NCBI GenBank assembly: GCA_965216815.1
Contig: OZ244202.1
Location: 1,233,762-1,297,761 of the forward strand
Reading direction: 5' to 3'
DNA: 64,000 bases
From: Acidimicrobiales bacterium
GTDB taxonomy: Bacteria > Actinomycetota > Acidimicrobiia > Acidimicrobiales > SHLQ01
The notes beneath the pieces are model-generated. The model saw nothing but the letters and a program-made list of their open reading frames with translations. It made no database searches and had not been told where the DNA came from. Below are positions 41,573-51,585 of the stretch, piece after piece. A program made the position numbers and the translations under genes. The first letter of the stretch is position 1; each line of letters begins with the position of its first letter.

Positions 41573-43020
41573 GCGTCTACCTCGTCGGCGCCGGCCCCGG
41601 TGATCCCGGCTTGCTCACGGTCCGAGCGGCCGAGCTGCTCGCGAACGCGGACGTCGTCATCTACGACCGACTCTCGGTGTCCGCCGTGCTCGAGCTGGTG
41701 CCCGACGACGCCGAGCTCCTCAACGTAGGGAAGACACCCGGTGGGCCATCGACTAGCCAGGATCGAATCAACGAAATGCTGATCGCCTGTGCGGCGACAC
41801 ATGACACAGTCGTTCGGCTGAAGGGCGGAGATCCGTTCGTCTTTGCCCGCGGCGGAGAGGAGGCGATCGCGCTCTCCGCGGCCGGCGTCGGGTTCGAGGT
41901 CGTCCCGGGAATCACCTCAGCGATCGCCGTGCCGGCGTACGCGGGCATTCCCGTAACCCAGCGGCATTCGTCGACGTCGCTGACCGTGGTGACGGGACAC
42001 GAGGATCCGACGCGGCCCGATTCCTCGGTCGACTGGGAAGCGATCGCCCGGGTCGGCGGCACGATCGTGATCCTCATGGGTGTCGGTCGCATCGACGAGA
42101 TCAGCGCCGGTCTGATCGCTGGTGGCCTGCCTCGATCGACACCCGCCGCTGCGATCCGGTGGGGCACGCGACCCGAACAGCACACGGTGCGCACGACACT
42201 CGCCGACCTGGCCGACGCCGACCTCGAACCGCCGTCGACGATCGTGGTCGGCGAGGTCGCTGCGCTCGATCTCGACTGGTACGAGTCACGCCCACTGCAG
42301 GGGCGCAGCGTGGTGGTGACCCGGCCGCGTCTGCAGGCCGGAGCGCTCGTCGACCTCCTCCGCCGCCGGGGAGCACACGTCGTTCTGCAGCCGGCGATCG
42401 AGATCGAATCCGCCCCCGACCAAGGGGCTGCGCTCGCCGCGGCGCTTCACGATATCGACAGCTACGAATGGGTCGTATTCACCTCGGCGAACGGCGTCGA
42501 CGCGGCGATGAGCGAGGTTCGCGATGCACGATCATTGGGCGGCGTCTCGATCGCAGCGGTCGGTTCGGCCACCGTCGCACGCCTCGATCGTTCGGGAATC
42601 GCCGCCGATCTGGTACCCGAGGTAAACACGGCCGAGGCGCTGGCCGACCGATTCAGCCCTCCGCCCACGCCCGACGCGAAGGTGCTGCTCGTCAGAGCGC
42701 TGGAGGGTCGAGAGGTCGTACCCGATCGTTTGCGCTCCCAGGGCTGGCAGGTCGATGTCGTAGCGGCGTACCAGACCTCATCTCGCGGCGACTCGATCGA
42801 TGCCGATGCCGTCGCGGCTGCCGACGTCATCACGTTCGCCTCGCCGAGTGCCGTCGATGCGACGGTCGCCGGGGTGGGTATCGACCGCCTGCCGCCGGTG
42901 GTTGCGTCGATTGGTCCGACGACGACTGCCGCGCTCGGCGCACACGGCATCGAAGATGTGATCGAGGCTGATGTGCACACCGCCGCCGGCCTCGTCGACC
43001 AACTCGAACGCGAGCTCTAG
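41569..43020 (+). CDS. bifunctional uroporphyrinogen-III C-methyltransferase / uroporphyrinogen-III synthase
   Basis: ORF 41569..43020. N-terminal 'VYLVGAGPGDPGLLTVRA...VVRLKGGDPFVFARGGEE' (CobA) and a C-terminal HemD-like half. Overlaps the hemC stop by 4 nt. Confidence 0.9.
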   Translation: MSVYLVGAGPGDPGLLTVRAAELLANADVVIYDRLSVSAVLELVPDDAELLNVGKTPGGPSTSQDRINEMLIACAATHDTVVRLKGGDPFVFARGGEEAIALSAAGVGFEVVPGITSAIAVPAYAGIPVTQRHSSTSLTVVTGHEDPTRPDSSVDWEAIARVGGTIVILMGVGRIDEISAGLIAGGLPRSTPAAAIRWGTRPEQHTVRTTLADLADADLEPPSTIVVGEVAALDLDWYESRPLQGRSVVVTRPRLQAGALVDLLRRRGAHVVLQPAIEIESAPDQGAALAAALHDIDSYEWVVFTSANGVDAAMSEVRDARSLGGVSIAAVGSATVARLDRSGIAADLVPEVNTAEALADRFSPPPTPDAKVLLVRALEGREVVPDRLRSQGWQVDVVAAYQTSSRGDSIDADAVAAADVITFASPSAVDATVAGVGIDRLPPVVASIGPTTTAALGAHGIEDVIEADVHTAAGLVDQLEREL

Positions 43021-43051
43021 GCACCGTGGCGTTGGCGCCAGCGAGCTGCGG

Positions 43052-44455
43052 TCAGCCGAGGGTGTCGACGCGATGATCGCGGTCGGCGACGTGTTGGGCG
43101 TGTGAGGGCAACCCGATCGCTATCAGCGCACCTGCGACGCCGATGAAGACGAGCATCGTCATCGCCTGACGGACCCCGTCGAGTGACTCGCCGGTATCGG
43201 TGTTGGCGAGAAATGTCACGACGACAGCGACCGCGATCGTGCTGCCGATCTCCTGGAAGATGCGACTCATCGCCCCACCGATGCCCAGCTTCGGCGCGGG
43301 CACGGTTGCGACCGCGGCTGCCTGGCTGGCTGCGTGACCCAGGCCCACGCCGACCGAATATAGCCCCGCGGCGGGGAGCCAGAGTCCGAATAGGTCCGGT
43401 TCGTAGCTGATTGCCGACGCGAACCACACGCCGGAAAGGCTCATGATGATCGCGCCCGGCAGGATGACGGCCCGGTGACCGAACCGGTCGGCGAGACGAC
43501 CGCTGAAGATCGACAGCGGACCCCCGATCGCGGGGATGAATGCAACGCCGAGGCCGGATTCGAACTCGGACCATCCCCACGCTTCCTGGAGAAACGTGAG
43601 GAAGGTCAGGAACGTGGCCGCAAAATTGCCTGCGACCAGGATCGACAACAGGTTTGCCCGACTGAACTGACGGTTTCGGAACAGGGTGATTTCGAGGATG
43701 GGAGCGGTGTGTTCACGCGAGCGGAGAACTACGAGAGTCAACAGGGCCCCGGCGATCAGGAACGCAGCGACGACCGCCGTGCTGGTCCAGCCCCAGGTGT
43801 TGCTCTGGACGATGGCCAGCGCAAGGCTGCCGACGCCAACCATGAGCGCGGCGGCGCCGAGAAAGTCAGGTGCCCCGGTCTTGTCCCCGCCCAGGGTCTT
43901 GGGAAGGAAACGCGCACCGACGGCGAGGGTGATGAGGCCGATCGGAATGTTGACTGCGAAAGCCCAGCGCCACCCCACCGCATAGATGAGAGCGCCGCCG
44001 ACGACCGGCCCGAACGCTGCCGAGATTCCTCCGACTCCACCCAGCGCGCCGATCGCGGTCGAGCGTCGCTCGGGACCGAACGTGTCGAGCAGGATTGCCA
44101 GAGCGGCCGGGCTCTCGAGAGCGAAACCCGCGGCCTGAACGACGCGGGCTGCGACCATGAGCTCGATCGACGGAGCGAGGGCGACCAGCGCGGAGCCGAA
44201 CGTCAGGAGCGCGACGCCGATGAGGAAGAGCTTCTTGCGCCCGAATCGATCGGCGAGCCAACCGCCGGGAACCATGAGGGACGCGAGCGTGATCGAGTAG
44301 GCGGTCAGCGTCCATGAGGTCGCTGTTGTCGACGCGTCGAACGTCTCCTCGAACTCACTGAAGGCGACGAAAACGAGCGAGAAGTTGAGCGTCCCGACCA
44401 GAGTCGCGCCGATGATGAGGGTGAAGACTCGCCAGGGCGAAGCGGTCGGCTGCAC
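43052..44455 (-). CDS. MFS transporter (14-TM DHA2-like drug:H+ antiporter type)
   Basis: ORF 43052..44455. '[16 protein letters not shown]' motif A and about 14 hydrophobic segments. Confidence 0.85.
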   Translation of the reverse strand: MQPTASPWRVFTLIIGATLVGTLNFSLVFVAFSEFEETFDASTTATSWTLTAYSITLASLMVPGGWLADRFGRKKLFLIGVALLTFGSALVALAPSIELMVAARVVQAAGFALESPAALAILLDTFGPERRSTAIGALGGVGGISAAFGPVVGGALIYAVGWRWAFAVNIPIGLITLAVGARFLPKTLGGDKTGAPDFLGAAALMVGVGSLALAIVQSNTWGWTSTAVVAAFLIAGALLTLVVLRSREHTAPILEITLFRNRQFSRANLLSILVAGNFAATFLTFLTFLQEAWGWSEFESGLGVAFIPAIGGPLSIFSGRLADRFGHRAVILPGAIIMSLSGVWFASAISYEPDLFGLWLPAAGLYSVGVGLGHAASQAAAVATVPAPKLGIGGAMSRIFQEIGSTIAVAVVVTFLANTDTGESLDGVRQAMTMLVFIGVAGALIAIGLPSHAQHVADRDHRVDTLG

Positions 44456-44515
44456 CCGGTAGGCCTACACAACGGCGTGAGGGTGCGTCCATTTCCTTCC
44501 GCTATCGTCCCGCCC

Positions 44516-45391
44516 ATGAAAGGCATCATTCTCGCCGGAGGCACGGGATCGCGGCTCCATCCGATCACGCTCGGAACCTCCAAGCAGCTCCTTCCGGTGT
44601 ACGACAAGCCGATGATCTACTACCCGATCTCGGTTCTGATGCTGGCCCGGATCCGAGAGATCCTGGTAATCACGACTCCCGAGGACTCCGACGCCTTCCA
44701 GAGGCTGCTCGGCGACGGTTCCCAGTGGGGAATCGACCTCTCGTACGCTGTGCAGCCGAGCCCCGACGGCCTCGCACAGGCGTTCATCATCGGAGCCGAC
44801 TTCCTCGCCGGCAAGGGTTGCTCGCTGGTCTTGGGCGACAACCTCTTCTATGGCGCCGGCCTGTCGGCACAGCTGAACGCCGCGGCGGCGAAGGCGACCG
44901 GTGCGACGGTGTTCGGCTACCACGTACGCGATCCCGAGCGATACGGAATCGTCGAGCTCGGCGACGACGGGCGCGCGATCTCGATCGAGGAGAAGCCGAG
45001 CCAGCCGCGCAGCAACTGGGCGGTGACCGGTCTCTATTTCTTCGATGGGCGCGTCGTCGAGGCGGCCGAGCAGGCCGAGCCGTCCGATCGGGGTGAGCTC
45101 GAGATCACTTCGGTGATCGACTACTACCTCGAGCGGGGCGAGCTCGACGTGATGAAGCTCGACCGTGGGTATGCCTGGCTCGATACCGGCACATTCGATT
45201 CGATGGTCGAGGCGGCGGAGTTCGTTCGCGTCATCCAACATCGTCAGAGCGCACAGATCGCATGCCTCGAGGAGATCGCCTACGAGCAGGGTTGGATCTC
45301 GATCCACGCAGTGCGTTCTCGCGGCGAGACGATGGCGAAGAACGCCTACGGCCAGTACCTACTCGACATCGCCGACGGTACCCCTCGCTGA
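44516..45391 (+). CDS. rfbA: glucose-1-phosphate thymidylyltransferase
   Basis: ATG at 44516 within ORF 44477..45391. Motifs '[18 protein letters not shown]', '[16 protein letters not shown]', '[13 protein letters not shown]'. Confidence 0.9.
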   Translation: MKGIILAGGTGSRLHPITLGTSKQLLPVYDKPMIYYPISVLMLARIREILVITTPEDSDAFQRLLGDGSQWGIDLSYAVQPSPDGLAQAFIIGADFLAGKGCSLVLGDNLFYGAGLSAQLNAAAAKATGATVFGYHVRDPERYGIVELGDDGRAISIEEKPSQPRSNWAVTGLYFFDGRVVEAAEQAEPSDRGELEITSVIDYYLERGELDVMKLDRGYAWLDTGTFDSMVEAAEFVRVIQHRQSAQIACLEEIAYEQGWISIHAVRSRGETMAKNAYGQYLLDIADGTPR

Positions 45392-45432
45392 CACGAGTAG
45401 GACAGGGGGTCTGTCCCCCTGTCCTACTCGTG
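45392..45432. terminator. perfect 18-bp palindromic hairpin immediately after rfbA (member of a 2-copy family)
   Basis: 'CACGAGTAGGACAGGGGG tctgt CCCCCTGTCCTACTCGTG'. The 24-nt core 'GAGTAGGACAGGGGGTCTGTCCCC' recurs at 57105. Confidence 0.6.
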
Positions 45433-45445
45433 CCAAAGGTCCCTA

Positions 45446-45958
45446 GTGGTGGCAGCGTGGATGTGGCTGAGTGGGGCGATGGAGCGGCAGGTCAAGCCGA
45501 GGGAATGGGCCATCGACCGAGGCGGTCTCGAGATCATCCCGGGCGACGTGTGCCAGAAGCTGCTCGAAGCCAGCGAGGTCGGGCGTATCGCGTTCGTCGC
45601 GGCCGGCTCGCCGGTCGTGCTTCCGGTCAACTTCCGGTTCTACGCCCGCCGAATCGTGTTTCGCTCGACGGTCGGATCGAAGCTGAATGCCGCCGCGATG
45701 GGCGACCCGGTCGCATTCGAGATCGACGACTGGGACGCGCGCACCCGGACGGGGTGGAGCGTCATGGTTCGGGGAAGGGCGGCCGAGGTGACCGATGCCG
45801 CCCTTCTGGCCGAGCTGTACGACCTTGGTCTTCGGCCGTGGGCTGACCCGACGCTTCGCACCCGGTGGGTTCAGGTGCTTCCGAGCGACATCGACGGACG
45901 ACGGATTCCGAGACGGTCTGTTCCAGCGACTGCTGTCGAAGCCGCTCCCATCGGCTAA
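45446..45958 (+). CDS. pyridoxamine 5'-phosphate oxidase-related FMN-binding (split-barrel) family protein
   Basis: ORF 45446..45958. Sequence 'VGRIAFVAAGSPVVLPVNFRFYARRIVFRS...FEIDDWDARTRTGWSVMVRGRAAEV'. The start is uncertain (an ATG at 45479 is possible). Confidence 0.7.
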   Translation: MVAAWMWLSGAMERQVKPREWAIDRGGLEIIPGDVCQKLLEASEVGRIAFVAAGSPVVLPVNFRFYARRIVFRSTVGSKLNAAAMGDPVAFEIDDWDARTRTGWSVMVRGRAAEVTDAALLAELYDLGLRPWADPTLRTRWVQVLPSDIDGRRIPRRSVPATAVEAAPIG

Positions 45959-45967
45959 AACGCCGCT

Positions 45968-46609
45968 ATGGCGGTTCGAGTCTTTCTTCTCGACGATCAC
46001 GACGTGGTGCGCGCCGGGCTGGCGGCACTGATCGACGGCACTCCCGATCTCGAGGTGGTCGGGCAGGCGTCGACGGTCGGAGCGACCCTCGATGCGGTGC
46101 GGGAGTGCAAGCCCGACGTTGCGGTGTTCGATGCGAGGTTGGGAGACGGCTCGGGAATCGACGCATGCCGAGCGGTTCGAGCCGAAATGGGCGACATCAA
46201 GTGCCTCGTGCTCACAGCATTCGAGGACGACCAGGCGCTCGTCGATGCGGCCGAGGCGGGCGCCGCTGCGTTCGTGCTCAAGGAGGTGCGAGGCGACGCC
46301 GTGCTCGACGCGATCGGCAAGGTCGCCGCGGGGCATCAGCTGATCGATCGCGACCGTCTCAACGCGGCGCGAGCACGCATGCGTGAGAGCGGCGAGCAAA
46401 AGATCGCTGACCTGACCCCGAAGGAGCGGCAGATCTTCGAGTTGATCGGCGACGGGCTTTCGAACCGCGAGATCGCTGACCGGATGTACCTCGCCGAGAA
46501 GACGGTGAAGAACTACGTATCAAAACTGCTCATGAAGCTGGGGAAGGTGAGGCGCACCGAAGCGGCAGCGCTCGCCGCCCGCCTCGCGGAGCGCGACGCG
46601 CGCCGTTGA
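45968..46609 (+). CDS. NarL/LuxR-family response regulator
   Basis: ORF 45968..46609. Receiver 'VFLLDDHDVVRAGL...PDVAVFDARLGDGSG' and HTH 'LTPKERQIFELIGDGLSNREIADRMYLAEKTVKNYVSKL'. Confidence 0.9.
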   Translation: MAVRVFLLDDHDVVRAGLAALIDGTPDLEVVGQASTVGATLDAVRECKPDVAVFDARLGDGSGIDACRAVRAEMGDIKCLVLTAFEDDQALVDAAEAGAAAFVLKEVRGDAVLDAIGKVAAGHQLIDRDRLNAARARMRESGEQKIADLTPKERQIFELIGDGLSNREIADRMYLAEKTVKNYVSKLLMKLGKVRRTEAAALAARLAERDARR

Positions 46610-46663
46610 CCACCGCGGTCAGCCGTGTCGCTTCCGTCGGGCGGCGCCGTATGATCCGGCGCG

Positions 46664-47665
46664 GTGGACTACCGGGCGGAGCTCGACGCGGAAATGGTGT
46701 GGGAGTCGGCTCCCGACGCGCTGATCCTCGTCGGCGTCGATGGAGTGATATGGCTCGCCAACGGTGAGGCGGAGCGATTGTTCGGCTACGACCGTGACGA
46801 ACTTGTGGGGATGACCGTCGAGGACGTCGTGCCGCCCGAAGCCGTCGCCGTTCACACTCAGCACAGACGCGACTATGCCGACCAACCGCGGCGACGGCCG
46901 ATGGGGATCGGGTTGCGCCTCGAGGCCCTTCACCGGCGAGGCCACCGCATCCCCGTCGATGTCAGCCTTGCGCCGCTCGAGCTGGGCGGTCAGTCGTGCA
47001 CTTTGGCTGCCGTTCGCGACATGAGCGACCGGAATCAGGTCGAGAGTCAGCTGGTCGATGCCACGAGGCGGCAGCTCCTCCAGGACGAACGAGACCGGGT
47101 CGCTCGCGACCTCCACGACACGGTAATACAGGAGCTGTTCGCGCTCGGTATGCAACTACAGGCCACCGTGTCCGACATCGGCGATGCCGGGGCCGCCGAG
47201 AGGGTCGAGTCGACGGTCGAGGCGATCGACGGGGTCATCCGTCAGATTCGCGGTCTCATCTTCGATGTGGCTGGAGACGAAGACGTCGACATTCGCAGCC
47301 AAATCGTCGATGTCGCGGCGAGGCTCACGCCGACCCTCGGATTCGAGCCGCGACTGAGCTTCGAGGGACCGGTCGAGTCGGTTCTGTCGACCGAGCTGGT
47401 CGATGAGATCGTTCCGATCGTGCGAGAGGCGCTGACCAACGTCGCAAAGCACGCTGACGCTTCGATGGCCGATGTCGTGTTGCAAGTAGGCGACAACGTC
47501 GAGCTACGGGTGGTCGACGACGGCCGCGGCATACCGTCGGACGCGCCGCGAGGAAACGGCCTCGGCAACCTGACCCGTCGGGCTGTGCTGCTCGGCGGTC
47601 GGCTCGAGGTCGAGCCGGGTTCCGACGGTGGCACCGAGCTCAACCTGTCGATTCCGATCGACTGA
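46664..47665 (+). CDS. cytoplasmic PAS-domain sensor histidine kinase (HisKA_3 type)
   Basis: ORF 46664..47665. PAS 'APDALILVGVDGVIWLANGEAERLFGYDRDELVG', H-box 'RDLHDTVIQELFA', 'NVAKHA', 'DDGRGIP', 'GNGLGNL'. Confidence 0.85.
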   Translation: MDYRAELDAEMVWESAPDALILVGVDGVIWLANGEAERLFGYDRDELVGMTVEDVVPPEAVAVHTQHRRDYADQPRRRPMGIGLRLEALHRRGHRIPVDVSLAPLELGGQSCTLAAVRDMSDRNQVESQLVDATRRQLLQDERDRVARDLHDTVIQELFALGMQLQATVSDIGDAGAAERVESTVEAIDGVIRQIRGLIFDVAGDEDVDIRSQIVDVAARLTPTLGFEPRLSFEGPVESVLSTELVDEIVPIVREALTNVAKHADASMADVVLQVGDNVELRVVDDGRGIPSDAPRGNGLGNLTRRAVLLGGRLEVEPGSDGGTELNLSIPID

Positions 47666-47723
47666 CAGCGGCGTCGGGCCCGTTGTTACCATCGGCCGGG
47701 TGGCTGCGAATCCCGAAGGACCG

Positions 47724-48734
47724 ATGAAGGCTGCCATCTATCGCCGACGGGGTCAGCTCGACGTCACGGACGTGCCGATGCCCGACCTCGGCGAAACAGA
47801 CGTGCTCGTCGAGGTGAGCCACTGCGGCATCTGCGGAACCGATCTCCATTCGGTGCTCGAAGGCTGGGGTCGCCCCGACTCGATCGGTGGTCATGAATGG
47901 TCTGGCGTCGTCGTCGAATGCGGCTCCGGTGTAGCGAGCCTCGAGAAGGGCGATCGTGTCATCGGTGTGGCCGAGCCGGGTTGTGGGCGTTGTTCGGCAT
48001 GTGGCTCGAACCGTCCGTCGCTTTGTTCCGGTCGGGCCTCTCCCGGTGTCGATGCGTTCCAGGGAGCGTTCGCCAGCTACGTCGCCGCCAGTGCCGACGC
48101 GGTTATGTCGATCCCCGATGACTTGTCGTTGCGCGATGCAGCGTTCGCCGAGCCGCTCGCGGTATCGCTGCATGCCATTTCCCAGGGTGCGCTCCAGGGC
48201 CGACACCGGGTGCTCGTATCGGGCGCCGGACCGATCGGGCTGGCAGCCGCGGCCGTGCTCATCGACGCCGGATTCGCGGTCACCGTCAGCGAGCCGGGCG
48301 AGACTCGTAGAGAGCTTGCGGCAAAGCTCGGTGCCGCTGTCACCACGCCGACGGACCTCGCTGTTCCCGCCATGCCGAACGACCTCATCGACGATCCGTT
48401 CGACGCCGTGATCGAGTGCTCGGGCGTTCGCAGCGCGATCGAGTCGGGGCTCGGTCAGCTCGACCGGGCCGGACGGATGGTCCTCGTAGGCACCGGGATG
48501 GACTACCCGCGGCTCGACATCAACCGCGTGCTGTTGAACGAGATCGAGATCACGGGCGCCTACAACTACGACGCTGACGGTTTCGAGCGTGCGGTCGGCA
48601 TGCTCGCCGACCGCCGCGTGGACACATCGTTGCTCATCGAGCCCGGCGCGATCGACCTCGACGACATGCTCGAGACCATGCATGGGCTGGTCGACGGTCG
48701 GATCGGCGGAAAGGTGCTCGTGGCGCCCACATGA
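47724..48734 (+). CDS. zinc-dependent medium-chain alcohol/polyol dehydrogenase
   Basis: ATG at 47724 within ORF 47628..48734. Motifs 'VSHCGICGTDLH', 'GHEWSGVV', 'CGRCSACGSNRPSLC', 'VSGAGPIGL'. Confidence 0.85.
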   Translation: MKAAIYRRRGQLDVTDVPMPDLGETDVLVEVSHCGICGTDLHSVLEGWGRPDSIGGHEWSGVVVECGSGVASLEKGDRVIGVAEPGCGRCSACGSNRPSLCSGRASPGVDAFQGAFASYVAASADAVMSIPDDLSLRDAAFAEPLAVSLHAISQGALQGRHRVLVSGAGPIGLAAAAVLIDAGFAVTVSEPGETRRELAAKLGAAVTTPTDLAVPAMPNDLIDDPFDAVIECSGVRSAIESGLGQLDRAGRMVLVGTGMDYPRLDINRVLLNEIEITGAYNYDADGFERAVGMLADRRVDTSLLIEPGAIDLDDMLETMHGLVDGRIGGKVLVAPT

Positions 48735-48768
48735 AACGATTCGAGTCGAAGACCGAGAGGACCACACA

Positions 48769-49206
48769 ATGACCAAAGAATTCGCAGGGCCTGCCAGGTT
48801 CAATCACGTCGCGATGAGCATGCCGTCCTCGGCGCTGAGCTCGGATGGGCGGCGAGACATCTGCCAGTTCTACGGCGACGTGTTCGGGTGGCAGGAGATC
48901 CCGCAGATGACCGTCGAGGACGAGCGGCTCGTGCTGAGCGTGCACCGGGTCGACCAGTTCATCTACCTGATCGCCGACGACGAGCCGATGAGGGCCCCGC
49001 GGCTGGACCACTTCGGTGTGTCGGTGGACAGCGTCGAGGATCTGACCACCACACTCGACAAGGCGAAGGCCTTCGCAGCCGAAGACGATCGCGTCGACAT
49101 CATCGACTATCAGGTCGAGGACCACGAGGTCCTCAAGCTGCACAGCTTCTACGTGCGCTACCTGCTGCCGATGATGGTCGAGGTGCAACACTTCCAATAC
49201 GAGTAG
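48769..49206 (+). CDS. VOC (glyoxalase/bleomycin-resistance/dioxygenase) family protein
   Basis: ATG at 48769 within ORF 48589..49206. 'FNHVAMSM...FYGDVFGW...LDHFGVSVDS' is typical of the VOC fold. Confidence 0.6.
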   Translation: MTKEFAGPARFNHVAMSMPSSALSSDGRRDICQFYGDVFGWQEIPQMTVEDERLVLSVHRVDQFIYLIADDEPMRAPRLDHFGVSVDSVEDLTTTLDKAKAFAAEDDRVDIIDYQVEDHEVLKLHSFYVRYLLPMMVEVQHFQYE

Positions 49207-49273
49207 CAGCGCACCGCTCGACGGTCACTCTTCGTGGTGGCATGGGCGGCGGGGCGGATTGTAGGGTGGTTTG

Positions 49274-51544
49274 ATGGGGAGAAGGCGCTGTGCGATCGCG
49301 GTCGTCGCCGTCGCGGTCGTGGCCACCGCATGTGAGTTTGTCCCGAATCCGCAGTGGCCATCGGGTAGCTGCCAGGGCGAGGACGCGACTCACGGGTTCA
49401 TGTTCTTCGGACATCCCGACTTCGATCCACCCGGCGGGAGCTATCACCGCGCCACCGACGGCGACGATGTGATCACGATCGCGAACGGGCCGGTGACCGT
49501 GGATGCAGGCGATGGCGATGACCTGATCTGTGTTGTCGATACTCGGTCGACCGGTCCCGGTGAGACGATCACGATCATCGGCGGCGATGGCGACGACACG
49601 ATCGTGGGCAGTGCGTCGACGCTGGAGTATTGCGAAGCAGAGACGACCACCGATTGCGACGAGGTCGGTGATCCGACCGCTCCGCCCAACGTGATCTACA
49701 TCATGGCCGATGATCTTGGCTGGGGTGATCTAAGCGCGCTGAATCCAGCCTCTCCGATCGATACGCCGAACCTCGATCGTCTGATCGACGCCGGCCAGTC
49801 GTGGAGTCACTTCCGTTCCGCCGGCGTCGTTTGCACGCCCACAAGAGCCGCCTACTTGTCCGGTCAGGATCCCGCCACGGTTCGGATGCGAACAATCGTT
49901 GGGTCGGGAAGCACTATGGGGCTTGGCGCAGAGATCGAGACCCTCGCCGAGCTTTTCAACGGCGCGGGCTATGACACGTCTCATGTCGGCAAGTGGCACC
50001 TCGGGGGAGGGGATGCATTCGACCCGGTCACCGCCGGATTTCAGACCTCGGTGAGTTCAGCCGGGTTCTACACCGACTTCCAGCTGTTCACCGACACCGG
50101 TCTCGCGGTCACACACGGCGAACCGAATCAGCGAGGAGAAACGGTTCTCGAGGACTTTTCTGCGAGCGGTCATACAACTGAGGTCTTCACCGACAGGGCG
50201 ATCGGACTCGTCGACCAGAGCGTGGCGGCGGGCAATCCGTTCTTCCTCAATCTGTGGTTCAACGCGCCGCACGTCGAGACACCGATCGACGAAGTGCCAT
50301 GGAGCCTCCCGGAGTCGTCGCCGCTCCACGGCGACCCGAACGCTACCCCCGCGGAGGTCTACATCGAGCTCGTTCAGGTGCTCGATGCACAGGTGGGACG
50401 CCTGCTCGATTCCCTCGAACCTGCCACCGCGGCCAACACGCTCGTGATTTTCACCAGCGACAATGGCGCATGGCAACCCTTGCCGAACTTCCTGCCGTGG
50501 TCGACCGAACCCTTCAGAGGCCAGAAGAACACGCACTACGAGGGTGGTCTTCGCGTGCCGTTCATCGCCCGCTGGCCCGGCACGATCGCACCCGGTTCGA
50601 CCAGCGACGCGTTCGGCACTACCGAAGATGTGTTCGCCACGTTCGCCGACATCATCGCAGCGACACCGTCGAATCCCGGTCCGGGAGCCAGTCTGCTCAC
50701 GGCGTTCGAAGGCGACAGCAGCCAATCGGTTGACGACCGAATCGTCGTATTCGAAGGATCGGATCTGGTGAAGAAGGCAGATGTCGATGTCGCCAACCCC
50801 TACGACTGGGCGGTCATCGAGGACAACCGGTGGAAACTCGTATCGCTGAACCACGGAGTGTTGCAATACGGCTTCTTCGACCTGGTCGCCGACCCGGGCG
50901 AGCAGGTGAACCTCGTGAACGACCCCGCCCACGCGTCGAAGGTCGCCGCGCTCGAGGCCTATTACGTGGACTGGCGCAAGAACGCGAGTCGAGCCGACCT
51001 CGTTTCCGGTGGCCAGCCCATCGGCACGAACTGGAGCGAGACCTACACCGGAACCAACTCGACCGCGATCGATCCACACCCCACGATGGACTCGGGGAAC
51101 GCCGACCTGACATTTTCGCTCGATGTCACGCCGACAGCAGACTCGCTCGGCACCCCAGCCGGAGTCGTGATCGCTGACCGGCCCGGGTCGTTCACCGTCA
51201 AGATCACGCCTACCGATCAGGTGCAGGTCACCTTCGTCAACAGTCTGGGGCAGATGCCGACCCTCACGTCGACCTCAACGTTGCAGGCGGGGGTCACGAC
51301 CCGCGTCTCGGTCACTGCCAAGGGCTGGCAGCAAGGCGCGGTTCGAGACACCTTTGGTCGTCTCTATCTCGACGCCGTCCGCGAGGACTTCCAACCCATT
51401 GCCCCGTTGTTCCACTTCGTCGGACTCGCTGGCACGGCGCTGTTCGTCGGCAACTCGGCGGCCGGTGACGGGTTCGTCGGTACGATCGACGACCTCGAGC
51501 TCCACAACCGCACCCTCGACGCAACCGAATTGCTGGCGCTCTAA
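49274..51544 (+). CDS. lipoprotein sulfatase (formylglycine-type) with N-terminal Ca-binding-like GDGDD repeats and C-terminal LamG-like domain
   Basis: ORF 49271..51544. Lipobox 'VVATAC', 'GGDGDDTIVG', sulfatase core 'IMADDLGWGD' plus 'CTPTRAAYLSGQ' (CxPxR), and C-terminal 'FVGTIDDLELHNRTL'. Confidence 0.85.
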   Translation: MGRRRCAIAVVAVAVVATACEFVPNPQWPSGSCQGEDATHGFMFFGHPDFDPPGGSYHRATDGDDVITIANGPVTVDAGDGDDLICVVDTRSTGPGETITIIGGDGDDTIVGSASTLEYCEAETTTDCDEVGDPTAPPNVIYIMADDLGWGDLSALNPASPIDTPNLDRLIDAGQSWSHFRSAGVVCTPTRAAYLSGQDPATVRMRTIVGSGSTMGLGAEIETLAELFNGAGYDTSHVGKWHLGGGDAFDPVTAGFQTSVSSAGFYTDFQLFTDTGLAVTHGEPNQRGETVLEDFSASGHTTEVFTDRAIGLVDQSVAAGNPFFLNLWFNAPHVETPIDEVPWSLPESSPLHGDPNATPAEVYIELVQVLDAQVGRLLDSLEPATAANTLVIFTSDNGAWQPLPNFLPWSTEPFRGQKNTHYEGGLRVPFIARWPGTIAPGSTSDAFGTTEDVFATFADIIAATPSNPGPGASLLTAFEGDSSQSVDDRIVVFEGSDLVKKADVDVANPYDWAVIEDNRWKLVSLNHGVLQYGFFDLVADPGEQVNLVNDPAHASKVAALEAYYVDWRKNASRADLVSGGQPIGTNWSETYTGTNSTAIDPHPTMDSGNADLTFSLDVTPTADSLGTPAGVVIADRPGSFTVKITPTDQVQVTFVNSLGQMPTLTSTSTLQAGVTTRVSVTAKGWQQGAVRDTFGRLYLDAVREDFQPIAPLFHFVGLAGTALFVGNSAAGDGFVGTIDDLELHNRTLDATELLAL

Positions 51545-51585
51545 ACGCCATAGACTGCGTGCGAAGTCGACCGGCGAGTGCATCC

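Noticed and set aside
45443-46399. 318-aa minus-strand ORF antisense to the split-barrel flavoprotein and NarL regulator genes.
   Set aside because: No recognisable motifs. The plus-strand genes have clear receiver/HTH and flavoprotein signatures.
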